From the NCBI GenBank assembly GCA_044226015.1, contig JBGAHS010000012.1:41009-105008 (forward strand): a stretch of DNA of 64,000 nt, given 5' to 3'. Under the pieces are notes generated by a model. It had not been told where the DNA came from and did no database searches. It saw nothing but the letters and a program-made list of their open reading frames with translations. Shown piece by piece: positions 18,262-28,249 of the stretch (positions are counted from its first letter, which is position 1; each line of letters begins with the position of its first letter). A program made the translations under genes and the position numbers. The stretch is from Candidatus Obscuribacteraceae bacterium (GTDB taxonomy: Bacteria > Cyanobacteriota > Vampirovibrionia > Obscuribacterales > Obscuribacteraceae).

Positions 18262-18410
18262 GATTCCTCCAGCCTTCCCATTAAGGATGTATATGCAATG
18301 GCTATCTGTCGCATATAAATTGCGCCGGAAGCCAGATGCTACTCATGAAAATACTATCCTAATTTAGTGCTGCTGATTCTCATCAGAAGCGAATTTTTAT
18401 AGTATTCGGA

Positions 18411-20060
18411 TCACTTGACAGAAAAAATCAGAACACTAACAACTTGAGGAGAAGACTCCGCGGTTCGTGCCAGTTGAAATCCGACCTGGCTTATTGGATA
18501 GATATAGTTCTTGCTACTGCCCCCTGGTTCTGGCAAGAGGAAAGCGGGTTCACCGAAGCGCTCTTTGACATTTTCAAGCTTATCGCCAGGTGACACGCCA
18601 AAATCGGTGCCAATCAGGCTTGAGTCAAAAATACGAATAGCCTCGAGCGTTCCCTTCCGGAAGTAAAGTTGAAGAGCTTCTTTGCCATCGCTATGTTTTT
18701 TCGACCAGGAGTAGACTGTCCAGTTTTTTACTTTGTGCTGTCTCAGCTTCCCAATTTGCCCTATGCTCGAAACCACTTGAGGTTCAGATTTGCCGAGAGT
18801 GACGTTGCCCAGCGGTATGCCTGTCACCACATTCGGCGGCAACATTGCAACTTTGTCTTTTCCTGCCGAGAGGCTGTCGGAGTCCGAGTATTTTGCCCTA
18901 GCTCTGCTTGAGAGTGTGCCATTGACTGAGCTAAGCTCAGAATTTAGAGCGATTCTCTTCTTGCTGCTCTCTTTTTCTCCATAGGCTTGTTGTTCGGGAG
19001 CCTCTCGAAAGTCGCGGACAACAGGCTTCTCGTCGAGTATCGCGATTTCCCGTGAGTCCATCTTGTTCTTGGTGGTTTTCAATTCTGCGACTCTGTTTGC
19101 ATTTTGAGCCAAAGATTGAACTTCATCTAGTCGTTTGCCCAAGCCGTACAATTTGTTTACAGAGGTGGCAAGCGGTAAAACTCTTCTTTGGGTGGGTGCT
19201 CCTCCTGCGGCGTCACCTGCGTCACCTAGAAGACTGTCGGATAATGCACCGGCACCGCCTGGTGCAGTCCCGCCGTAAGCTGAAGTAGAGCTGCTGCTGC
19301 TGGCTTGTGACAACATCGCGCCACGTTGATAGCCCATCGAGTTCTTTCTGGGGCTGCTTACGCTTGCGGGGAAGTTTGTACTCTCCTCCCATACTCCCGG
19401 TTTTGCTGGTGCGTCTGCAAGTAGAAGATTTCCTGCATCTGGTTTGATTTTTGCGGAACCCCGCCATTGTTCTGTGGCTGCAAATCCTTCTGCCGCCATC
19501 TCGGATTTCGCAGATTGGCGCATGTTAAGGCTGGGCGCTGCCGAAGGTGCCTGGTTCATAAGTTTTGATTCGGGAAGGGCCTGGGCTATTTGCAAGGATG
19601 GCGGAGGAGCTGCGAAAACCTTTCCAGTCTCTTTTGGTCTGATTGCCAGCGAATAATTGGTTTTTTCGTTGAGGCTATTTTGTTGCTTCAAATTCTGAGC
19701 GATTATTTGCGAGTTCGTAGATTTGGTCAGAGCTACCTGCGGAATGTTCATTACTCGATTGAAAATTGTTTCCAGCAATTGCACACCGGCCTCAGGCGCT
19801 GGTAGATACCCATGCCCAGCGCGTACATATCCGAATGCCTGCATCGAGCGTGTTTCAGAAAGGTCTGCGGGCTGCTGCTGCATGTATGCATCTGTACTGC
19901 GAATACTTCTGTTTTTGGCAGTATTCAGATTTTGCGCATCTCCCGGTGAAAGCAGCACGAAAGGAAGCAATGAACAAGTAGTAAGTGCCACCGCAGATGG
20001 TAGCATCCAATTGCAGTTGCTTGATCTGTTTCGTTTCCCTTCGTGCTTCGAAAAAATCAT
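18411..20060 (-). CDS. Hypothetical exported protein with a low-complexity middle and a folded C-terminal domain
   Basis: Long ORF. The likely ATG at 20060 overlaps the upstream regulator stop (ATGA). Hydrophobic signal-like segment; C-terminal GVSPGDKLENVKERFGEP region. Confidence 0.6.
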   Translation of the reverse strand: MIFSKHEGKRNRSSNCNWMLPSAVALTTCSLLPFVLLSPGDAQNLNTAKNRSIRSTDAYMQQQPADLSETRSMQAFGYVRAGHGYLPAPEAGVQLLETIFNRVMNIPQVALTKSTNSQIIAQNLKQQNSLNEKTNYSLAIRPKETGKVFAAPPPSLQIAQALPESKLMNQAPSAAPSLNMRQSAKSEMAAEGFAATEQWRGSAKIKPDAGNLLLADAPAKPGVWEESTNFPASVSSPRKNSMGYQRGAMLSQASSSSSTSAYGGTAPGGAGALSDSLLGDAGDAAGGAPTQRRVLPLATSVNKLYGLGKRLDEVQSLAQNANRVAELKTTKNKMDSREIAILDEKPVVRDFREAPEQQAYGEKESSKKRIALNSELSSVNGTLSSRARAKYSDSDSLSAGKDKVAMLPPNVVTGIPLGNVTLGKSEPQVVSSIGQIGKLRQHKVKNWTVYSWSKKHSDGKEALQLYFRKGTLEAIRIFDSSLIGTDFGVSPGDKLENVKERFGEPAFLLPEPGGSSKNYIYPISQVGFQLARTAESSPQVVSVLIFSVK

Positions 20061-20782
20061 TGTGACTTTTCGCCTCCCACTTTTCCGTCGAATAACTTCT
20101 GTTCCCAATCATCAAGCTCTGACTGATTTATCAGCCCTCGCTTGTTTGCCAGATAGACTGCTCGGCAGCGCTGGTTGTATTCAGTGTCCTGTTGTTCGCC
20201 TCTTCCAGGAATTGCTAGTTTTGAATAAAGCGATTTCAGGCGAGACTGAACTGCCTTTTCTGTGAGGTAAAGGCGCCTTGCAATTGATGAATCTGTCAAA
20301 CCGAGTGCAATGCAGACCAGCGCCTCAAATTCTGCTGCCGTCAAGCTGGTCGCCCGGTTTTGTGTACGTTGAATTACTCGGGAAATACCAGGGTGAATCC
20401 AGCAATCGCCCGACAATATTGCGCGCACCGCCTCAACTACCTGATCATTAGATGCGCTCTTCAGTACATAACCGAATACGCTGTCTCCCGGAACTACCTT
20501 CCAGAGCTGTCTGACATAAACCTCGTCTGAGAAGTTCGACAGTATGATTACGCCAGTTTTGGGCAATTCTGCCAGAATTTGTTCCGCAGCCTTAATACCA
20601 GAAAGATGAGGCATTTTAATATCAAGGCAAACCAGCTTTGGACGCAGCTTTTGTGCCATATCTACTGCGGCTTGTCCGTCAGATGCTTCGTGTATTGGTC
20701 CCTCATCGGGAATGTACTTCACGAGCAAATCTTTCAGCCAGCTGCGGTCGCGCTCTTCATCATCAGCGATCAAAATGGTCAT
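20057..20782 (-). CDS. NarL/FixJ-family response regulator (REC + LuxR HTH)
   Basis: ILIADDE, CLDIKMP, GYVLKS and LTAAEFEAL...IARRLYLTEKAVQSRLKSLYSKL. Confidence 0.92.
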   Translation of the reverse strand: MTILIADDEERDRSWLKDLLVKYIPDEGPIHEASDGQAAVDMAQKLRPKLVCLDIKMPHLSGIKAAEQILAELPKTGVIILSNFSDEVYVRQLWKVVPGDSVFGYVLKSASNDQVVEAVRAILSGDCWIHPGISRVIQRTQNRATSLTAAEFEALVCIALGLTDSSIARRLYLTEKAVQSRLKSLYSKLAIPGRGEQQDTEYNQRCRAVYLANKRGLINQSELDDWEQKLFDGKVGGEKSQ

Positions 20783-22647
20783 ATCTTTCCTTCCATTCCT
20801 TTCAGTAGTTCACCGGCGCGGGCGCCGGTATGCATGATTAACACAAATTCGGTCCCTTTTCTATAATTTCTGGGTTTAATCCATTCTACTGAAGCGCCGA
20901 TTAGGGCGGCACGGTGCCTTATATTGAGCAAGCCGTGCGAGTCTGGCCGGATAGCCGCTGGGTCTATTCCCTTGCCATTGTCAACCACTATGATTTTGAG
21001 GAACTCGCCTTCCTTATTAACTGATACTTCAGTCGTGTCTGCTTCAGAGTGCTTTCGGATGTTGTTCAGGGCTTCCTGAACAATTCGATAGACCTGTAAT
21101 TTAGCAAAATCGGGCACGTCGTTCTCTTTTATAGAGGTATCTGAACTGAACTTACACGAAATTCTGAAGTCTCGCTCTAGGATATGCACTAGATTTTCCA
21201 ACGCTGGAACAAAACCCATGGTTTCCAAAACGGAGGGATGAAGATCATTAATGACGCGACGCATTTCCTGAATAGTGCTGTCCAGCCTGTCTCTCATCTT
21301 TCGGGGCGACTCGCTTGCACCGTATTCCGAGGTCATGTCATCGACCATTCGGGCAATTGAGGAAAGCGCCGGTAATGTTTCGTCATGAAGGTCTTCGGCG
21401 ATACGTTTGCGCTCTTCCTCTGCTCGAACTTGCATCATCTGGCGTGCGGCGGCTAGTTCTTTATTGCGTTGTCTCAGACCCGTATCAAGGAAAATTACTG
21501 TACCAAGCAGAAAGCCTGTAACGATGATAACCATAGGAGCCACCACGGGCAGTAGCACATGCCAGTATTGGAATGAAAACTGGGCCAAAAGCAAGAGTAC
21601 AACGCCCGATAGCAACGTCGCCGTTGCTCTTTTTCCCATAGGCAGAACTGAAGCTAAGCCACCAATGAGAGAACCAACGATTAGCAGAAATTGCTTTGCG
21701 TAGTTGTGGGGGAAACTCCAGATCACATCATTATTAATGACAGTCGCCAGGGCGTCTGCTTCAATTTGTATTTCGGAACTCTTTTCGCGGAACGGGGATT
21801 TGGCAGCCATTGGGTCCTTTGTCCGTGTGGTCAGCGTCGACCCCAGCAGAACAATTTTGTCTTTGAAGCTACTTGGGTCAAAGTCTGGCTCTAGAACTCG
21901 CCACATTGGGTAGGTCGTATATCTGGTGCGGTGGTAATTGATATAGCAATATTGGTCGGGATAGGATGGCTTGAGGCGGCTGTTGTAGTCCACGCCTGTG
22001 CTTCCCGAGAGTACTAGCAAAATAGCTTTTGTAAGTGACGGAACCTGTTCGGTGCTGCTCTCGCTGCTGTGTGAATCTACAAGGTCTGGCAATCTAACAA
22101 CCAGCCCGTTTGTCTCCTTAATAAGCTCTCTGTATCCGGTGGCAGCATGCTGAATGAACTCTGCCGAAGGAAGCTCAGTGCTGCCTTCCAGGCTACCAAA
22201 CAAGGACAAGACCACATTTCGATTGCGGCTCATCTCATCTGCCAGAGCGTGGTTTGCGGCTCCCCTTAAGTCAAGGTCTATTGTGACAATGCTCGGTTTA
22301 GATTCCTCAATTTTTGATATCACTTCGAAGAGACGGGCTTGCGCCAGTGTGTCATTGAATCGTGCACAACCCAATTCAAACTGAGAATCATTATCGAATG
22401 CCACAATCACGATTTTTGATGCAGCTTCATTGATTGACTTTGGCCACCAGAATTCCTGAGATAGCGCGTCGGCGATTTTATATCGCCAGTTCAGCATCTG
22501 CAATTCCATAGAATCCAAAATGGGCGAGTCGCTGAAAAGAGGTGCAAGAAAAGCTCCGACAAGTACGCCAAAAAACAGCCGTTGAAAGAGGACGTTATGC
22601 ACTCCCTCTGCCCAGGCTGCCTCGAAAATCTCATTCAGGCGCTTCAA
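20779..22647 (-). CDS. CHASE2-domain sensor histidine kinase (HisKA_3 type)
   Basis: IVIVAFD...FKDKIVLLG CHASE2 pattern, three TM helices, ERKRIAEDLHDE H-box, YRIVQEALNNIRKHS, DNGKG and GLLNIRHRA. Confidence 0.9.
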   Translation of the reverse strand: MKRLNEIFEAAWAEGVHNVLFQRLFFGVLVGAFLAPLFSDSPILDSMELQMLNWRYKIADALSQEFWWPKSINEAASKIVIVAFDNDSQFELGCARFNDTLAQARLFEVISKIEESKPSIVTIDLDLRGAANHALADEMSRNRNVVLSLFGSLEGSTELPSAEFIQHAATGYRELIKETNGLVVRLPDLVDSHSSESSTEQVPSLTKAILLVLSGSTGVDYNSRLKPSYPDQYCYINYHRTRYTTYPMWRVLEPDFDPSSFKDKIVLLGSTLTTRTKDPMAAKSPFREKSSEIQIEADALATVINNDVIWSFPHNYAKQFLLIVGSLIGGLASVLPMGKRATATLLSGVVLLLLAQFSFQYWHVLLPVVAPMVIIVTGFLLGTVIFLDTGLRQRNKELAAARQMMQVRAEEERKRIAEDLHDETLPALSSIARMVDDMTSEYGASESPRKMRDRLDSTIQEMRRVINDLHPSVLETMGFVPALENLVHILERDFRISCKFSSDTSIKENDVPDFAKLQVYRIVQEALNNIRKHSEADTTEVSVNKEGEFLKIIVVDNGKGIDPAAIRPDSHGLLNIRHRAALIGASVEWIKPRNYRKGTEFVLIMHTGARAGELLKGMEGKI

Positions 22648-22724
22648 GCTATCGAATCCGTTTACTAAGACGGTTTAAGTTTAACAGATTCGCGCCTTTC
22701 TATTGAGCTCCTGAAAAGTGCTGT

Positions 22725-23363
22725 TTAGCGTCCAATTTGTTCGAAGTCGTTTCTCTTCCAATCGAAACCGTCAGGCGCATATTCCTGGTCGGAGTGCGCG
22801 AAGGTTGCCGTTAGCACAACCTCATTGCGCTGCGAACCAGCCGGAAATCGAAGTAGCCTGCGATCAATTCTATCGACAGAGCGGTTTACCGCTTCCATGA
22901 AGGCTTGCCGATTCAATTCACCTTGCTGACCATAACCATTAACAAACAAATTCTGTACTGAAAAACTCACGTTTCCAAATCTGCTGACTTTGATGAGGAC
23001 TGCGGCTGAGCCCGGAACAGGGTTTTCGTTTTTCCATTGCTGATAAATATTTTGGCATATAGCTTTGTGCCATTGTTCCCAGGCTATGACCAGTCCTTTG
23101 TTTGCACCGTCTGTGGTGCCCTGAATTGCTCTGGTGAAGGCGCTGAAGTTTCTTGTGTCTAGAACATCTCCGACACTTGGTGCCTTCCGGGGTATTTCTT
23201 GTTTGAGGCTAAAGTCGTTAGTGATTTGTCTCACCGGATTTGGCCTGGCTAAGCGCACATTGGCGTTATTCTGTTGAATAGTGCCTTTCAAAACATCAGC
23301 CCGTACTTCAGCTTGGGTTGACGCAATAAATAGCAGAGCCAAAATGGCAAAGAAACGAATCAT
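22725..23363 (-). CDS. Hypothetical secreted protein
   Basis: GAGG RBS before ATG 23363 and a signal peptide MIRFFAILALLFIASTQAEVRA. The C-terminal WEQWHKAI...FPAGSQR region is loosely TonB-C-like. Confidence 0.6.
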   Translation of the reverse strand: MIRFFAILALLFIASTQAEVRADVLKGTIQQNNANVRLARPNPVRQITNDFSLKQEIPRKAPSVGDVLDTRNFSAFTRAIQGTTDGANKGLVIAWEQWHKAICQNIYQQWKNENPVPGSAAVLIKVSRFGNVSFSVQNLFVNGYGQQGELNRQAFMEAVNRSVDRIDRRLLRFPAGSQRNEVVLTATFAHSDQEYAPDGFDWKRNDFEQIGR

Positions 23364-23373
23364 GGTGATGACC

Positions 23374-24141
23374 TCATTCAATTTTCTGAACAATAGCTCG
23401 ATAGTTAAGCCTTTCTTTCTGATAGCTGGCTATCTCTGCCTGTCTCTTTAGTCGCTTAAACTGCTGATATGTTTCTGCAACCTTGTTGTCACCCTGGGAA
23501 AGAGCGTTGGCAGTTTTTAGATGCTGCTCAGCGCGCTTCAAGTCGCCTTGCCCTGTGTACGATTGTCCAAGGGCGAAGTGGATTCTTTCGTCCTGCGGAT
23601 ACATCTTCGACAATTTCTCCAGGCAGTTAATTGCCAGGGGAAAATTGCTTTTTGCAAATGCAGAACGCGCAGTTTGGCTTAAGCGTCGAACATAGGCTTC
23701 TTGGGTCGCAGCGTTGCTTCTCTCTACTTCCCTGGACAATTCAGCTACTGCTGCCTTCAGGCTGCTGTCGGGCTTTTGAGCAAGTGCCTTCTTATACCAA
23801 TTGAGTGCCTGAACTTTCTGTCCGCGCTTCTCTGCTAGTACGCCCAGGTTGTACATCGCTGATGACGAGGAAGGCTTTATATCCAACATCTTGTGGAATA
23901 AGCTCTCAGCGAGGTCTCTTTGACCTGCTGCAGAAGCATTGAGGGCATCAGTTGCCAGCTGCTCAAGTTTGTTTTCTGCGACAAATTCATCGCGCATCGG
24001 AACCAGGTGCTTGTATGCCACCGCTGCTGGTGCAGCGGCTTTTTTCGCAGAGACTGTGCCTTTTGCCAGGACAATCTTGGGCAAGAAAATGCTTCCCATT
24101 GTCAAAGCGATGCCTATGAAAACTGCCTTTCGTGACGACAT
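23374..24141 (-). CDS. Secreted tetratricopeptide-repeat protein
   Basis: Signal peptide; TPR-like helices AMYNLGVLAEKRG, ALNWYKKAL and HFALGQSYTGQGDLKRAEQHL. Confidence 0.8.
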   Translation of the reverse strand: MSSRKAVFIGIALTMGSIFLPKIVLAKGTVSAKKAAAPAAVAYKHLVPMRDEFVAENKLEQLATDALNASAAGQRDLAESLFHKMLDIKPSSSSAMYNLGVLAEKRGQKVQALNWYKKALAQKPDSSLKAAVAELSREVERSNAATQEAYVRRLSQTARSAFAKSNFPLAINCLEKLSKMYPQDERIHFALGQSYTGQGDLKRAEQHLKTANALSQGDNKVAETYQQFKRLKRQAEIASYQKERLNYRAIVQKIE

Positions 24142-24171
24142 GGTTTATGCTCCTTTTCAGGATTTAGCGCG

Positions 24172-24552
24172 CTAGAACTGTTCCAAAACTAGCGAATTGT
24201 TCGTTCTGACTGGAGTGTTGTAAGTTCCACCAGAATTGGAAGCATGAATTTCACTGTTCATGAAAGACCTCTGAACTTGTTCAGCTGTATCCACGCGATT
24301 TGTCATTGCGTGAGTGAAAAACCGATTGGCAGCGCTGTTTTCTGAAAGCGTCCTTAACAGATTCATTCTGTCCGATGTTTCGGACAGGTCCTGGTAGAAC
24401 ATCTGGAAGTTCTGATCGAAAGCTGTTTTGCCTCTGGTCACTTCAGTTGTAGTAGTCCTTCCGTTGGTTACAAAAGTTTGTGCCTCGGCAGACTGCGTAT
24501 TCGACAAGACGCACCCCAGTACGAAAACAAACGTAGCAAGCAATCTATACAT
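24172..24552 (-). CDS. Small hypothetical secreted protein
   Basis: Likely start at ATG 24552 with signal peptide MYRLLATFVFVLGCVLSNTQSAEA. Confidence 0.6.
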   Translation of the reverse strand: MYRLLATFVFVLGCVLSNTQSAEAQTFVTNGRTTTTEVTRGKTAFDQNFQMFYQDLSETSDRMNLLRTLSENSAANRFFTHAMTNRVDTAEQVQRSFMNSEIHASNSGGTYNTPVRTNNSLVLEQF

Positions 24553-24623
24553 GATAAACCTCAAAGATTTTGTTGCATGTTTTGCTCCAGACCAACGTCG
24601 CTTGGTCTGGAGCAAAAGGCGCA

Positions 24624-25241
24624 TTAATAGTAGTTCTGCGTACCGGTAGACAGAGCGGACGATTGAAATGACCCTTGTGCGGCGCCAGATGATGCCTGGT
24701 TGTTATATCGGTTTGTGAAAGCTCTTGAAGTCAAACGACCCGCTGAGTTTCTGGCGGCATAGGCATTGGTATAGCCGTTGTTAAATCTGCCGCCGAAATT
24801 TGGGTTGTTGAAAAGGCTCGATGCGGTGAAGCCGTCTCCAAATCCATTACCAAAACCATATAGAGGCAAGCCTACGCCACCTGGGAAACCGCCACCGTAG
24901 AAGCCGTTATTACCCTGGTTGTTGCCCTGGTTGATTGAACCCTGATTGTTTGGGTTTTGCGAGAGCAATTGTTGGCTTGCAGCTGAGTTCATTTGTTGAT
25001 CGAGTGGTGCCAGATTATTGAGGTTGTTTGAAATTGCATCCATGTAGTTATTTCTGGAATGTGTTGCAGTACGTTCATCATATAGGCGGGACAAAACAGG
25101 ACCGACATTATCCAGTGATTGTGAGAAATTATCGAATGATGGATTGCGTGAGCTGCTTACAAACTCTTGTGCGCCTGCTGTTGGCTGGAAAATTACCAGT
25201 GACAAAAGTGCAAGGGAAATATTCTTGATAGCGGTGTTCAT
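24624..25241 (-). CDS. Secreted Asn/Gly/Gln-rich low-complexity protein
   Basis: GAGG RBS, signal peptide ending in AGA, and an NNQG/FGNG-rich C-terminal half. Confidence 0.65.
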   Translation of the reverse strand: MNTAIKNISLALLSLVIFQPTAGAQEFVSSSRNPSFDNFSQSLDNVGPVLSRLYDERTATHSRNNYMDAISNNLNNLAPLDQQMNSAASQQLLSQNPNNQGSINQGNNQGNNGFYGGGFPGGVGLPLYGFGNGFGDGFTASSLFNNPNFGGRFNNGYTNAYAARNSAGRLTSRAFTNRYNNQASSGAAQGSFQSSALSTGTQNYY

Positions 25242-25651
25242 GATGGTTCCTCTAAATTACAAAGTGGGGATGCCGCAGACAGCGCGCAGAGACGCAAGGC
25301 TGCAAGTGCTGTTCCCGAAAATCTGCAGATGATGATTTGCAAAAAATGTGCAAAGATGCTTGAGACAAGCTTTTGCGATTTTGTGCCTTATGCAAAAGTT
25401 ATTTTGAATTGCTGGAAATCGTCTGTAGATGCCGTGTGCGGCGCTTTCTATGAACTGCAACTTGCATAATTAACTCTGCTAGCAATTTGAGTCTGATTTG
25501 CAAGATTTGGTAGTACAGGGGGAACTACTTTAGTATGGGCAAATCAACTGGGAAAAACCCCAGATAAATGAAATCGCTTTTCCGGGCGATCAGACGAGGA
25601 ATTCTTAGTAATCTGACAGTATCAATTGTTTCGCCGAGAACGAGGTCTAGT

Positions 25652-28093
25652 ATGAAAAGCAAAGCGCTTCCCGTTTTAATGAGCCTTGCAGCAAGTATTT
25701 TTCTCACACCTGTCTGCGATGCAGCCGGCATGATTGTGATTGACCCCATCCAGGGCGGAGCTGCAGCTATTCGCCTTCCTGTCGTGCGTCCTGGGACACG
25801 ACCTGGACATGTCACCACCGCTCCGTTACTTAAGGGACAGGTAAGTTTTGGACTTCGCCTTGAAGCCGCTGATGTCCGGGTGGAAATTAACGATCAGGTT
25901 GCTAAAACATATATCACGCAGACTTTCGCTAACGATACCGATCGCAATCTCGCCGGTACTTATCTGTTTCCATTGCCAGAGGATTGCACATTTAGTTCAT
26001 TCTCATTGCACATAGATGGAAAACCAGTCGAAGGAAAAATTCTCGAAGCAAACGAAGCTCGGCAGACATACGAGACCATTGTGCGTCAAATGATTGACCC
26101 TGGCTTGCTTGAGTACGCTGATTACAAGACTGTTCGGGCAAGAATATTTCCAATTCCTGCTCACGGTACCAAGAAGGTTGAGCTTGAGTATACACAGGTT
26201 TTGAAAGCCGAAAACGGCATGATCAAATACTCTTTTCCGCTAAAAACAGAGCAAGAAACAGCTGCGGCGGAAGAAGTAAAAATCAACGTCAAGCTTGGCA
26301 GTAAGCAGGGGTTGCGCACAATATGGTCGCCCAGTCACGTTATAAGTTCCACAAGGGATGGTGACCACAAAGCACTCGCGAGCTTCCATGGCAAAGAGGT
26401 GGTACCTGATAAAGACTTCTTGCTCTATTACAGCGTTTCAGATAAAGACATGAGTGCCAATTTGCTCACCAACAAAAGTAGTGGCGAAGATGGGTATTTC
26501 ATGTTCACTTTGACGCCTCCAGTGCAAGCCAAGGAAGTTATTAGCAAAGACATTGTCTTTGTCGCAGACATTTCTGGCTCGATGAAAGGTCAACGCATGG
26601 AAGAAAACAAGCGTGCCTTGAAATATCTGGTCAATGCCCTCGGAGCCAGTGACCGTTTTTCCATCGTACAGTTCAACACCGATGTTGATGTATTCAAGCC
26701 TCGCTTGGTACAGGCCACGCCCGAGAACAAGAAGGCTGCTTTAGCTTTTGTAGAAGATATGGAAGCTGCCGGCGGCACCAATATCGGTGACGCACTGAAG
26801 AATGCCGGCAACATGCTTGGCGCTGACAAAGCCAGACCATCCTACCTTGTGCTGATGACAGATGGTGAGCCCACTGTCGGTGAGACATCGGTGGCAGGTC
26901 TGCTAAAAACAGTTGACCCGAAGAAGGACATTCGCGTATTTGACTTCGGCGTTGGTTACGATGTGAACACTAAGTTATTGAACAAACTTGCTGACGATAA
27001 TCACGGAACCTCACAATACGTCGAACCTGACGAAAGTCTCGAAGTGGCACTCTCTAGTTTCTACGACAAGATTAAGAGTCCAGTTCTCTCGAACGTCAAA
27101 ATTACCTTTGATGGCGTTCAAGTGAAAGACATGTATCCCCGCAATGTGAAGGACATTTTTGCTGGCTGCCAGGTATTGCTTTTGGGTAAATATAAGGGAT
27201 CTGGTGCTGGTACCTGCCACATGACTGGTACTGTAAATGGTGTCGCAAAACAATACAATTTTCCGGTTAAGTTCGAAGAGCAGTCCCTTGGTCATGGCTA
27301 TTTGCCACGGCTCTGGGCCATGCGCCGCATAGCTCATTTGACAGAGGTGGCTCAGTCGAACAACGAAAATCGTGAAGTCATAGATGAGATTGTCGCTCTA
27401 TCGAAGAAATACGGCATCATTTCTAATTACACATCATATCTGGTTACAGATCCAAGCGAAGGGCGCCCCATGCCTATGAGCAGAGCCATGCCACTGCCAA
27501 TGCAATCGTTCAATGGTCCCGTTCCGCCATCTGGAGTCCGCCGAAGAGTTCCGATGAATCTATTAGGAAGTACGAATGGTGCTGCTGGTGCTGGCACATT
27601 CCATAGTAGTGGAAGCAACCATCTGGTCGCTGGTCGCATGAAAGCCCACTCTACGGATGCTTACATGGGCGACGGTGGCTCAAGCAGAAGTTTTGCTGCT
27701 GAAGGAATTGCAGATTCAGCACCTGTGGTCACTGACTATCGTGCCCTTGCACCTAGCCCCGCACCGCATCCGGTGTCTGGCAAGGAAGCAGTTCGTTCAT
27801 CTAAAAAACTTGAAGCCATGAAAGATGCTGTATCTTACGGTGCTGCAAATGAATCTTCTGCAAGTATCAAAACTGCTGGAGACAAGACTTTCTATCTTCA
27901 AAATGGTTTCTGGACCGACTCCACTTATGAAAGCGGAAAATCTCCAAAAATCGAAGAAATCACTTTTGGCAGCAAAGAATATTTTGAACTCACTAAGGTT
28001 CCGGGCATCAGCAAATACCTTGCTGTGGGCAAGCAATTGATTCTGACCTATCGTGGGCATTCTTACAAGATTAGCTTCAGTCAGAACTCCTGA
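25652..28093 (+). CDS. Secreted VIT + von Willebrand factor A domain protein
   Basis: Likely start at ATG 25652 after GAGG. VIT motifs (YLFPLPE, EARQTYE...DPGLLEY), MIDAS motif DISGSM, GGTNI and MTDGEPT, plus RLWAMRRI. Confidence 0.92.
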   Translation: MKSKALPVLMSLAASIFLTPVCDAAGMIVIDPIQGGAAAIRLPVVRPGTRPGHVTTAPLLKGQVSFGLRLEAADVRVEINDQVAKTYITQTFANDTDRNLAGTYLFPLPEDCTFSSFSLHIDGKPVEGKILEANEARQTYETIVRQMIDPGLLEYADYKTVRARIFPIPAHGTKKVELEYTQVLKAENGMIKYSFPLKTEQETAAAEEVKINVKLGSKQGLRTIWSPSHVISSTRDGDHKALASFHGKEVVPDKDFLLYYSVSDKDMSANLLTNKSSGEDGYFMFTLTPPVQAKEVISKDIVFVADISGSMKGQRMEENKRALKYLVNALGASDRFSIVQFNTDVDVFKPRLVQATPENKKAALAFVEDMEAAGGTNIGDALKNAGNMLGADKARPSYLVLMTDGEPTVGETSVAGLLKTVDPKKDIRVFDFGVGYDVNTKLLNKLADDNHGTSQYVEPDESLEVALSSFYDKIKSPVLSNVKITFDGVQVKDMYPRNVKDIFAGCQVLLLGKYKGSGAGTCHMTGTVNGVAKQYNFPVKFEEQSLGHGYLPRLWAMRRIAHLTEVAQSNNENREVIDEIVALSKKYGIISNYTSYLVTDPSEGRPMPMSRAMPLPMQSFNGPVPPSGVRRRVPMNLLGSTNGAAGAGTFHSSGSNHLVAGRMKAHSTDAYMGDGGSSRSFAAEGIADSAPVVTDYRALAPSPAPHPVSGKEAVRSSKKLEAMKDAVSYGAANESSASIKTAGDKTFYLQNGFWTDSTYESGKSPKIEEITFGSKEYFELTKVPGISKYLAVGKQLILTYRGHSYKISFSQNS

Positions 28094-28118
28094 TCAGGTT
28101 TTGTTCGAGTGGTAAGTG

Positions 28119-28153
28119 AAAGCCAGGAAGGAAACTTCCTGGCTTTTTATTTT
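28119..28153 (+). terminator. Rho-independent terminator
   Basis: AAAGCCAGGAAG-GAAA-CTTCCTGGCTTT perfect stem with a GNRA loop, followed by TTATTTT, 25 nt after the vWA gene stop. Confidence 0.9.
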
Positions 28154-28249
28154 CAGAAAACTTTCAAACAATGTAGATATATTTGATTGGGCATGAGATG
28201 AGGGAGGTCTAGCGATGTCGAACAACGAGCAGTCAAAGCCAAAACGCGC

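Noticed and set aside
18262..18410. SRP RNA (ffs) or tRNA upstream of dnaX, as in many bacteria
   Set aside because: No SRP domain-IV motif or cloverleaf is visible.
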